Source: Octopus vulgaris (Eukaryota). Taken from it: a DNA stretch of 64,000 nt. The position numbers and the translations under genes are program-made. How positions within the stretch are numbered: the stretch's first letter is position 1; each line of letters opens with the position of its first letter. Below the pieces are notes generated by a model. The model worked only from the letters and a program-made list of their open reading frames with translations, was not told the origin of the DNA and ran no database searches. The stretch spans positions 8,246,001-8,310,000 of the forward strand of contig OX597833.1 in assembly GCA_951406725.2 (NCBI GenBank), in the 5' to 3' direction. Below, piece after piece: positions 13,901-49,843 of this stretch.

Positions 13901-16075
13901 TAGAAATTAGGAAGGTTGATTTTTTTTTTTTTCTTTTGGCTAAAACATAATCTAAACGTCAAAATCTCCATTGTTATAAATAAGAATCCAAAGAAATATT
14001 CAGAAAAAAGAAAAGTTTGGGGTGACAGACTGCTTTTTCTGACACACGTCCACCTGGACATGGCTGAACAGCGACAATATTTCCCGTTTTATTTTGTGAT
14101 CATAAATCGAATTATCAACAACCTTTCATTAATTTAACACTTTTAAAAATTAAACCATGGAAAACAAATGAAAACAAAAAGGGAAGAACAATAATAAAGT
14201 TCTGCTTTTCAAAGTTAAAAATCGTTTTCCAAGAGGAATTCCCAAATGTTTTCCCAATTTAATTGCATTTGTAGATTAACTCTGGAAGGGATTGAGTGGG
14301 GAGTAAATTATTCAAAAGTCAATTAGTTTTGAATTGTAAAGTTTTATTAGAATCTTTCAAGGTTCGAACTTGCTTCACCCCTTTTAAATTTTGGAATTAT
14401 TTCGTACAATAAATATTTTACCATTTTTGGGACAGTTACGAAGAAACCTGTTTGTTGGGTTGGGGGTAGATCTACCCCCGTTTTGTCCTGAATTTATTAG
14501 GGGTAAATACGGGTATCACAACATATCTGTGTCACATTTAGAGTCTTGTGACTAAAAAATATTAATTTCAAAATTATCAGATATATTTTATGAACCAGGA
14601 AATTAATTTTTATGAAAATAAAACCAGATATTTTGAAACTTCTCACAAAACTAGAGTTAGGAGGTCGTGAAAGACAACAAAATCTTTAAAAAAAAAAAGG
14701 CAAAAGATTTGTTTTGTGTGTGAAACCGAACGATTGAAAATATGTTCCTAGTGTGTGGTAAGTAGCTTGTTTACCAACCACATGGTTCCGGGTTCAGTCC
14801 CACTGCGTGGCACCTTGGGCAAGTGTCTTCAACTATAGCCTCGGGTCGACCAAAGCCTTGTGAGTGGATTTGGTAGACGGAAACTGAAAGAAGCCCGTCG
14901 TATATATGTATATATATATGCGTGTTTGTGTTTGTCCCCCTAGCATTGCTTGACATCCGATGCTTGTGTGTTTATGTCCCCGTCACTTAGCGGTTCGGCA
15001 AAATAGACCGATAGAATAAGTACTGGGCTTACAAAAGAATAATCGAGTTGCTCGATTAAAAGGCGGTGCTCCAGCATGGCCGCAGTCAAATGACTGAAAC
15101 ATGTAAAAGAGTTGGGTGTTCGTTAAATCAAGAGGGGAGACGACGCATTTTTTGGTATAAAAGACATTTGAAAGTCACCAAAAGATTTCTTTTTACATCA
15201 GATGAAACGACTGAATGGAAAAAAAAAGAGGTTTTAATGAAAATTTGTCTATTTTCACAATTAAGATTTTCTCGACGAAGATAATAGTAAAAAATTTACT
15301 TTGAAAATAGGGTCCCGAGTTGGAGGGGGGGAAGGGTTAAAAAAACATTTTAAACAAAAAATTATTTCACAAAAAGCAATAATTGACCCTCGTCCTTTTT
15401 ACAAGGAAGTGGACGGATTCTTTCACTATTTCCAGGGTGTTGCTGTCACATAAACTGGGATTTCTCCGTTCTTCCACATTTTTATATTATTCCATATTTC
15501 AAAACACTGGGGCCGAGGGGGGGGGGGGGAATTTTTTGAGAAGAATTTTCTTTAAAATCCAGTTTTTTTTAAATGTCTCCCCCCATCGCCAGCAGCAAAA
15601 TGATTTTCTTTTTCGTTATTCTTCATTTTATTATATTCCAGAGGTGGATTTTGTTTCCAAGACATGAAGATGAAGGAAAAAAGGAGTTTTTTTTTTTAAA
15701 AAAGGGTCTCCCCCCTCCCCACAAAACCACCATTGTATTGAAATGTAGACAAAAACGGTTAATATTTGAATTCAACAAGAAATGTCCAAAATATATATAT
15801 ATATATATAAATATATACAAATGCTGAATATAAAGTGTTAAAAGCTGAAATGTTTGGTAAATAAAGACGTAATTAAAAGAGGGGGGGGCAGGCGACGTGT
15901 CGTTTATCAATTAAGGCAGACGACCGCTGCTTCGACGTTTTCTGGCTTAAAACGAAATAATTATTCTAGTTAAATCTTCAAATATACTAAATATTCCTTT
16001 ATGTCATTAAACTCATCGGATTTTCTGTGAGACAATGTTTTTATAAATGAATAAACTTTCGCTTTTACTTACCAT
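6032..16075 (-). CDS. DPM3: Dolichol-phosphate mannosyltransferase subunit 3, 5 coding exons, 96 aa
   Basis: Exons (minus): 16073-16075 (ATG|GTAAGT), 12308-12427, 9992-10021, 6548-6625, 6032-6091 (TGA). All introns are GT-AG and phase 0. Protein MANKASEWFFVIGVIMSLWSAFLFDHDNVIFSKQVRNVALMMPLYLIISFACVSLGIIGYHVATFNDCINAASELKQQLKEARKDLEKRGFKFELQ fits the DPM3 pattern (two TM helices, GY.VATF.DC..AA.EL..Q..EAR.DL..RG). Confidence 0.93.
6803..6959. repeat. Near-perfect roughly 157-bp palindrome (fold-back element)
   Basis: aaaaataagcaacaagaatgaatccggtaatttggtacaattgtttca...tgaaacaattgtaccaaattaccggagtcattcttgttgcttattttt. Confidence 0.85.
7044..7352 (-). mobile_element. RTE-associated 3'-UTR element copy
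   Basis: (CAT)n plus cgtttaacgtccgttttcc...gctggatgcccttcctaacgcc, the same family as 8963 and 16635. Confidence 0.8.
8963..9590 (-). mobile_element. 5'-truncated RTE-clade LINE: ORF C-terminus plus 3' UTR ending in an (ATG)n tail
   Basis: The minus strand at about 9466-9590 reads RPRKTWDEVVKHDLRTLGLTMEMTRDRDLWKYAVREKTRQD*. It is followed by an (AAATC)n-like tract, the roughly 60-bp-unit UTR and the tail. Confidence 0.75.
10686..11068 (-). mobile_element. tRNA-derived SINE (CORE-like accttgggcaagt segment)
   Basis: Minus-strand head ggcgcaggaatggctgtgtggtaag...ggttcagtccc (A/B boxes). Related copies at about 14752-15110 (+), 18760-19135 (+) and 29090-29450 (-). Confidence 0.75.
12695..12972 (+). 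mobile_element. RTE-associated 3'-UTR element copy
   Basis: Same family, ends in (GAT)n. Confidence 0.8.
14752..15110 (+). mobile_element. tRNA-derived SINE, same family as 10686
   Basis: tgtgtggtaagtagcttg...ggttcagtcccactgcgtggcaccttgggcaagtgtc...cagcatggccgcagtcaaatgactgaaac. Confidence 0.75.
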
Positions 16076-16150
16076 GTTGAGGTGAAGACGAAATCGCCAA
16101 CAGGAAACTGAACGGTGTCGGGCGTGAATAGTCGCCGGTGATATTTAGGT
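16076..16150 (-). promoter_or_regulatory. DPM3 5' UTR / core promoter region
   Basis: CpG-rich unique sequence immediately upstream of caacATG|gtaagt. Confidence 0.45.
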
Positions 16151-16634
16151 CTGGTCTAGAGATACTATTAATGTAAGAGCAGAATTGTTGGCGCGTCAGA
16201 CAAAATGTTTAGCGGAATTTCTTGTGGCGCTTCCCGTTCTGAGTTCAAAATCCGTTCATCATTTGGTGGTTGATAAAATACGGACCAGTAGACCACGGGG
16301 GCTGAATAATCGACTTAAACACTCTTCATAAAATTTGTTTATCAAAAATATATCTCCATTATAATATTTAGTTATTGATTTATGTAGCAAGGGAATTTTA
16401 ATATTTTCATAAATTGAAATCAATAAAATACATAGCAGGGAGCCCCAGCATGGCCACAGCCAAATCTAAAAGCAATATATTTATATCTGTAAAAGTAATA
16501 TGTGACAATTATTCAGTAGCCATGATAAAACTCCGAGTTTCGGATGCTGAGGTGGAAATCCATGCCACCATCTTTTCAGTTATCCAGCCATCGGACACAT
16601 TACTTTTACAGTCCTGATCCTAAAGTCACTTCCA

Positions 16635-17270
16635 TGAAATCGAAATCAGAATCAGAATCGAAATTGATCAATGGAAATTGCAGCTGAGTTACCAGTGCCG
16701 GTGGCACGTAAGAGAACCATCCGAACGTGGACGTTGCCAGCTCCGCCCCGACTGGCCTCGGGCCGGTGGCACATAAAAAGCACCATCCGTTCGTGGCCGT
16801 TGCCAGCACCGCCCAGACTGGCCTCGTGCCAGTGGCACGTAAAAAGCACCATCCATTCATGGCCGTTGCCAGCCTCGCCTGGCCCCCGTGCCGGTGACAC
16901 GTAAAAAGCACCATCCGTTCGTGGCCGTTGCCAGCACCGCCCCGACTGGCCTCGTGCCAGTGGCTCGTAAAAAGCACCATCTGTTTGTGGCCGTTGCCAG
17001 CCTCGCCTGGCCCCTGTGCCGGTGACACGTAAAAGCAATATCCATCCGTGGCCGTTTGCCAGCTCCGTCTGGCACCTGTGCAGGTGACACGTAAAAAGCA
17101 CCCACTACACTCACGGAGTGGTTGGCGTTAGGAAGGGCATCCAGCCGTAGAAACACTGCCAAACCTGACTGGGCCTGACGAAGCCTTCCAGCTTCACAGA
17201 CCCCAGTTGAACCGTCCAACCCATGCTAGCATGGAAAGCAGATGCTAAATGATGATGATGATGATGATGA
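16635..17270 (+). mobile_element. Same RTE-associated 3'-UTR element with about 7 tandem 60-66 bp subunits
   Basis: Repeated GTGCCGGTGGCACGTAAAAAGCACCATCCG units, then ggttggcgttaggaagggcatccagc...ccatgctagcatggaaagc and an (ATG)n tail. Confidence 0.8.
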
Positions 17271-18536
17271 TGGCGGCATGGATTTCCACCACAGCATCAG
17301 ATACTTGGAGTTTTAACATGGCTACCGAATAATTGTCTCATATTACTTTTAAAGATAAATTCCTCTATTTACATAACATCGAGGTCTCTTTCATTCTTTT
17401 GTTGTCTAACCATTTTTATCAATATATATATATATATATATAATTATGTTACCAATTTAATATACTTCACCAGTGCTGAGAAAACTTTGGTTAAATAACA
17501 TCTGTGACCTACTTTTATTCATCCCAAATAACACATTTCTTTTTTATTCACATCTGTTTTTCCTAGGAGCCATTTTGGAAAGAAAGTCTTCTTTATAAAC
17601 AAAGAGATTATAATCTATATATCTGTAAGGCAGCAAGCTGGCAGGATTGAGCAAAATGCTTAGCAGTATTTCTTCTGACTTCATGTTTTGAGTTCAAATT
17701 CCACTGGGATCAACTTTGCCTTTCATCTTTTAATAAAAAACCAGTTGAACATTGAGGTTGGTGTAATTGTCTTAGTGACTCCCTCAAAATTTGCTGGCCT
17801 TGTGCCAAAAATCTGAAACCAATTATGTGTGTGTGTACATGTGTGTTATTCAATACTGCTATTAATTTGTGAGTCAGTGGTGGTCACTATTTTAACACAA
17901 ATAACCAACAATGTTATTGGTAGAAGAAAAACAACATTACAATGAAACTAGGGTTTGAAATATATATTTCTTGGAAAATATTTACAAGGACTTACTTCTT
18001 AGAGTAAGATTTTTTTCTGTTCATCTTTTATGCAAATGACTTAAACAAATTCACAAAGAACTGTACCAAAAAAAAAAAAAGGAGGTGGGGGGGAAGGATT
18101 TATTTCAATAGATTCATTCTTTATTTTATGTCTTTGCAGTTGATAATCCTTGCTGGTGTGTGGATATTTAGCATCTTCTGAATTGCAATAATTCAACAGA
18201 TTAACTCCCCCCCCTCCTACAGTAACTGCTTCCTCTGCTGGTTCTGGTGGTGGTGTTGGAGTGAATGTTTTTTTTCCGCATTTCTTAGTCAAAAGAGGAA
18301 GGAACAAGACTGGTAGGAAAAAAAAATGATTTACATTGTCTTCACACTGGGACCTGGTCCCTAATGCTTGAAACATTGTGGACTCTGCTAAAGATAAACT
18401 GTCCTTTTCCTTAACGGAATCTCACCTTTGGAGAATTCTTCATTCACAAGATTATCTCACTTCCTTACATGGAGCTGGTCTTCATTGCTATTTGGTAATT
18501 AAGGAAGATCCTCTGAGAGGTGCAGATAACTTTAAT

Positions 18537-18626
18537 CATCATCATCATCATCATCATCATTTAGCGTCCGTTTTCCATGCTAGCATGGGTTGGACGGTTC
18601 AACTGGGGTCTGGGAAGCCCGAAGGC
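18537..18626 (-). mobile_element. Severely 5'-truncated copy of the RTE-associated element with target-site duplication
   Basis: Flanked by the direct repeat tgcagataactttaat at 18521-18536 and 18627-18642. Confidence 0.8.
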
Positions 18627-19710
18627 TGCAGATAACTTTAATAAATCAAGAATTTATGTTGTACGGTATTTGATATACCTGTATTTGTCTCTGTTGTTTA
18701 AATTTGTCAGCAGCCTCTCTCAGTCATTTCTCTGATCTTATTTTTGCTTAAAATAAATAAGTGCAGATGTGGTCGAGTGGTTAAGGTGTTTGCTCCCCAA
18801 CCATGGGGTCTTGGGTTCAATCCCACTGTGCAGTACTTTTGGCAAGTGTCTCCTACTACAGCCCCAGGTCAATCGAAGTCTCATGCATGAATTTGGTGGA
18901 TGGAAACTAAAAGAAGCCTGCTTGTGTTGTATTTCTACCCTCCACCAACACCACTTGTCAACCAGTGTCAGTTTGTTTATGTTCCTATAACTTAGCAGTT
19001 TGGCAAAAAGAGACCAACAGAATAAGTACTAAACTTAAAAGCAAGTACAGGGATCAATCTGTTTGACTCAAGCTTTCTAGTGGTGCCCCAGCATGGCCAC
19101 AATCCAATGACTGAAATAAGTAAAAGATAAAAGATGTGAGTGCAGGGGGGGGGTGGGAGTGGTGATGGTTGGGAGGGTTAGAGTGGTGGTGGGCGAGGCA
19201 GTAAGCAATCAAACTGGATGGCTTACAATATTTCACTCAACATCCCACTGGGTTTCAAATCCAACCAAAGGATTTTACTTTACCATTCAAGTTCATTAAA
19301 GTTAATAAAACAGGATACCAGTAATATACTGGGGTTGACTTATTATTAAGGATTAAAGGCACAGAAAGTGACACTGAAGTGGTGGAACAGTGTGGAACAG
19401 TACTGCAGTGGTATAACAAGTGTAATGCAGCAGTACTGCAGCAGGAGTACAGCGGTATAGCAGTGGAGATACAGCAGTACTGCAGCAGAGGTCCAGCAGC
19501 ATTGCAGTGGTGAGACACTGGTACTGAAGTGGCAGGGGGTACAGTGGTACTGCAATGGTGCAGGGTTCAATTCTCAGCAGACCAACTGAAGTTGAATCTA
19601 TATCAACAAAGCTGTTACTACTAAAAAACTCCCAGAATGAATGAATACCACAACACACCAATTGCCTGTTCCTCTAATAAATATGTGACCTTCTACCTCT
19701 GAGGAAATGG

Positions 19711-45345
<25,635 letters not shown>

Positions 45346-45959
45346 GTTGGTCACTTCTGGTTGATGGAAATATTAAAAATAAAATAATAATAATCAATGT
45401 GTCTCTATATAAATATGCACACAAACAAGTCAGTACGTACCCATGTAACTTTATACCACTGAATGCCCTTCTGACTAACTACAAAACCAACTTTATACGA
45501 AGTTGTATAATTAATCAAACTAAATATTATTATATAAACGATTTTATAAACATTTTCCCCTCGAGATGAACGATAGAACCCGTCAGTTTGATTTGAACAA
45601 CGATCAAAAGATTACATTTATATATTTTAACAAAAACACACTAAAACATGGAAACTTTTAGTAATTAAAACAAACTCCTAATTATGTGTGTATGTCTGAT
45701 ATAGGTGTGTATTTGTGATCGAACCCGAGTATGAACTATTTAATGCATATATATGTGCGTAACACATGAAGTATATATTTATGTGACATTTACTAAATAA
45801 TATAATCTTCTTTGCAAATGTGAAGTGATTTGAGTTGAAAGATCGCGGAAAAAGAATGTTGCTGGGTTTGTTAAATGTCCTTCGACTAAAACAAAAATAA
45901 TTGTGATACTTTACAGCTAATTAATCTAGAAAAACATTTGAATTTCCAATTCAAATAAT

Positions 45960-46400
45960 TACCATCAAGACGTTTACAAAAATTAAACTTTCGCCAAATT
46001 ATTTCCTGAGAATTTCCAAACAGTCGCCGGTAATTAACTCTTGGCTGTGACCTCTGGAGGTCACAACACGGGCACAGACTAAATATTCCAAATGATTGTG
46101 TAAGGTTTGATATTTTGTTCATCGGATTTTTTTTCAAAAACGAAAGCAGTTCATTTTTCTAATTATTGCTATAATTTCAATTTCGTGAACAACGAATTTA
46201 GTTTTTCATTTTCTAATTATCGAAACCCAGACACAAATTTAAACAGGGGACAAATCTCGCTGGTCACCGTCTGTGTCGAAGACGTGTGATTGGAATTAAT
46301 TAAATAATTCTAATTTAAAGACGATCAGAGATCGATGTCGAAGTTGCAGTCAATAAGTAGATCCACTGCATAATTCACAGAATAGACAATCATTCTAGTT
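45960..46400. promoter_or_regulatory. Probable shared divergent promoter / 5' exon region of LARS2 and OSGEP
   Basis: Repeat-free, CpG-retaining segment between divergent genes. A minus-strand donor (G|GTAATT at 45961-45962) could feed the LARS2 acceptor at 45357. The OSGEP ATG exon is preceded by an acceptor (ttctttcag at about 49819), which implies an upstream 5'-UTR exon. Confidence 0.45.
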
Positions 46401-46911
46401 ATTCAGTAGTTTGCATATTTCTACTTATGTAATAAGACATTTCTGCTTTAAAAAGCCAGCTGGGGTCGGCTTTGTTCCTTGAAATAAATTTGGAATAGGA
46501 TTCGATAGGTTGTATAAAAATAGGTAATTGGTCCCTGTAATTAAGGGTGGGGATATGGGGATAAGGTCTCGGGGAACTGAATCTCAAGTCTTGCTTCAGT
46601 TTCTATTTCGGACTGTTTCACATAAGTTTCAATTAGAATAAAAGAAAGACGAAGTCCTTCCTTAAACGACTTCACTCCTCATTTCTCCAAATATAACTCA
46701 ACACTTCGTGCCAATTAACGGGTCAATTAAATTATAGAACATAAGGCTACTCGAGTCTATCAAGTAGTTAGAAATTAAATTCTAAATCGGAATGTCGCTG
46801 TTAAAATAAGAACGACCTTATCAGTCGTTCCTTCTTCCTAAATTCGATTCCATTCTTGCATTAGTTTTACTTTCATCTTTAGGATCGAAGACTAACATAA
46901 CGTCAGATCGT

Positions 46912-46959
<48 letters not shown>

Positions 46960-49843
46960 TGTAAAATACAGTTGTTATAAGGAAGGAATGTAAGCGGAAC
47001 TTCAGACCACGAACCAATTATATAAGTATTATTATAGAATAGAGTAAAAGGATGCATTGAGGCAGGAACATTGTTAAAATATTCCCATTGTTCCCGAAGG
47101 AGTTTTTAACCACTGCAGCTTGAGAAGATCCTAATAAATTCATTCGCGCCTCAAACTATCTTAACTCTGGGCAGTTCTTCAACTATTAACAGTGGGTTCT
47201 GTGTGGTTATCTTATTTCACATTGGACCAGCCACATTGGAATATTAACAGCAAGAAATGTGATGTGCTTTAATCAAGCATGACTATTATTACACTGGTTT
47301 CTATGTATTGTATATGTGAGTGTGTGTGTGTACGAGTACGAATAACGAAGTTTGAACAACTAAATGAAGGATTATTAAATAGGAAATAAATTCAAAAAGC
47401 TTCTTCTTGGAGTTAGAGTTATCTCCTTCGCATTTCGGACTCTCTACACTCAAACTGACAATTATAATTCGAACTAGAAAGTTTCGCAGGTAATTAGCTT
47501 TGCTTTGTTTATATATATTTATATATAAATTTTATTTAAATGTGAAGGTTCTCTGTTACAAGAAGTGGTGGACCAGGCCGATAACTGTTTTATATTTACG
47601 ATCGACCTCCTGTGCTCTCTGTAGGTTCAAACCACGGCGCAGTTGTCGAATTAGTTGTTTTAGACCACGGGTCCACTGTAAAACAGGCACCAGTTATAAA
47701 CTGAGATAGGTAATGGGCAAAAACAAATTCGAGCGAAGTGTCCTTAGTCTGTACATTGTGTGGTTGTGTTATCCTTGAATCTTAAAAGCTGGGTCCGTCT
47801 CCCTCGAAGTTGGAAACCACGTGGAGTAGTTTATCTCGCTACGAGTTGTGGAGGTAACAGTCAGATGGTGTCCTATTGCTGTTGAGGCCCTGGAAGGGAC
47901 AATAATAGGAGGCGCAAATTACTGTTGTGTATTCTACCTCTTAACGGAGCAGGAGTCTTTGTTCGATCGCTCGATCTGAAAGAAATAACAGCCAGACATT
48001 CCCCCCAAACCACTCATTACTGTCTTAAACGCAAATTATATACTGGCGAATGTTGTCGTATATACACTGCTAAAATAACAGGTATGTAGGGGCCACAACT
48101 GAAATTCCTTTCACCATAGACTTGCGCGATCAAAACCGACCTGGGGCTAAACAATAACAACGCCTTGAGCCATTGCAGTAAAACTAGAGATTCAGTGGTG
48201 ACCCCGGGGCCTACCCGGGTGGGTTACAGGACTACCCACTACTCACTGGATATGACTCAACTATGATCGCAACCTCTGCCGTATAGAAATATCCCTCGTG
48301 TTTAGTTTCAAATAAATATTGTTTAGAGTTAGGTTGATTCACAGAATTTGGGAGACATCAGAGATGCAGAGATAAGACGTCCTTGTACAAAATCTCAGGA
48401 CAGTATCAATACCGGTTTAAACCTAATTCGCTTTAGCACCATTCCCTTATGTAATACCTGAAGAGGTGGACACACACACACACACACACACACGACCTTA
48501 TTCGCGCGCGTGTGTGAAGTAAACGATAAACTGCCTAATCGTTAAGTTTTATTGTAAGTGGCTGAATATACCGTATACCCGTGTGCCATTAAATATTTCA
48601 CAGCCTGACATCACAGTATTTTATGAGAAATAACAAACAAAACATTTTCCATTCTGGTCTTTCAAAGCCCTTCAGTGATGGATGTGTTTTCTTCAATCTG
48701 AACAATTAAAAGAATTGGATGGAATCCCCTGTTTTGTGCAGCATTTGTTTAAGGAGAGAACTGCTCAGACCCAAATTCCTAGAAAGGACTAGAACAGTCC
48801 AGCAAATAATAATAAAAAAAAGGGACACCTTTTGTATTCACAAGTTGGTCAGTTTACTGTGACAGACGACTGTTCACTTCTATGAGAGTTTATTACTGTC
48901 TTGTGACAGTCTTTCGTGATATTTCCTTGTATTCCTGGTGAGACAGTCCCCAGATTTCTATTGGAATGGTTGCTAACATACCCATGTTCCATCATTGTTC
49001 CAATGTCTCAGAAAAGAAGACTTGGCAAGGATTTAATTTAGCGATATAATCCATGGTGAGCGGGGATAATGGATTATTATCTAGCCATTCTCTTTGATCA
49101 TGGATTTACCTAAGGAATACCCAATCGAACTGGATTTCTCCTCCCTTTTTAGATATTATGAACCACAACAACTATCATTGACGATCATAACTTTTATTCC
49201 CCTGTCACATATGTTTAACCTGTCTCTCTCTCCTGCCTCAGCATATGGAATCTTCGCTTGACACGGTTCACTGACTAAATTCCATGCTGCACAGAATTTT
49301 CTCAGGGAACAGGTCGCGGTCTCAAAGCAACGAAAATATTTTGGCAAATTAAATTTAAATGTTGAAGTGAATCTAATGGTTTTTGTATGCTTTTAAATGG
49401 GTTATAAATACCTTCCATGCTGCAATTATTTTCATTCCAGCACACGATCTCAGATCAGGTCACCTGCTATGCAAGTACATCTCCATAATATATATATATA
49501 GCAAGTCATTTTTACTGGGGTAACTTGAAGTAGATGGAGCTATAAATAACTGAGTAGAGTATAGGGCTTAAAAAAAAACATTGGATACAAAAATGTTGGA
49601 TAAGGTTTTGACTATTTTCCGTCCAATGGTTTTTAAACCCAGAGATTTTAACTTTCTCATATTTATAGCTTTATTTACTTCATATCTCTTGAAGTTACAA
49701 AATTCTTATGTAAAGACACACACACATGCACACAACTATAGAGAGAGAGAAACCATTTCCCTTCACCTGATGAATATCATGGGATTCAGTAATTATTATT
49801 ATTATTATTTTTCTTTCAGTCTTAGATTCCCTCCAAATTAAAG

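Noticed and set aside
16690-17105. CRISPR-like array of regularly spaced repeats
   Set aside because: The spacers are themselves homologous, the context is eukaryotic, there are no cas genes, and it is part of a dispersed retroelement.
19370-19560. Cys-rich ORFs downstream of LARS2
   Set aside because: Degenerate cagtactgcagtgg minisatellite, not a metallothionein-like gene.
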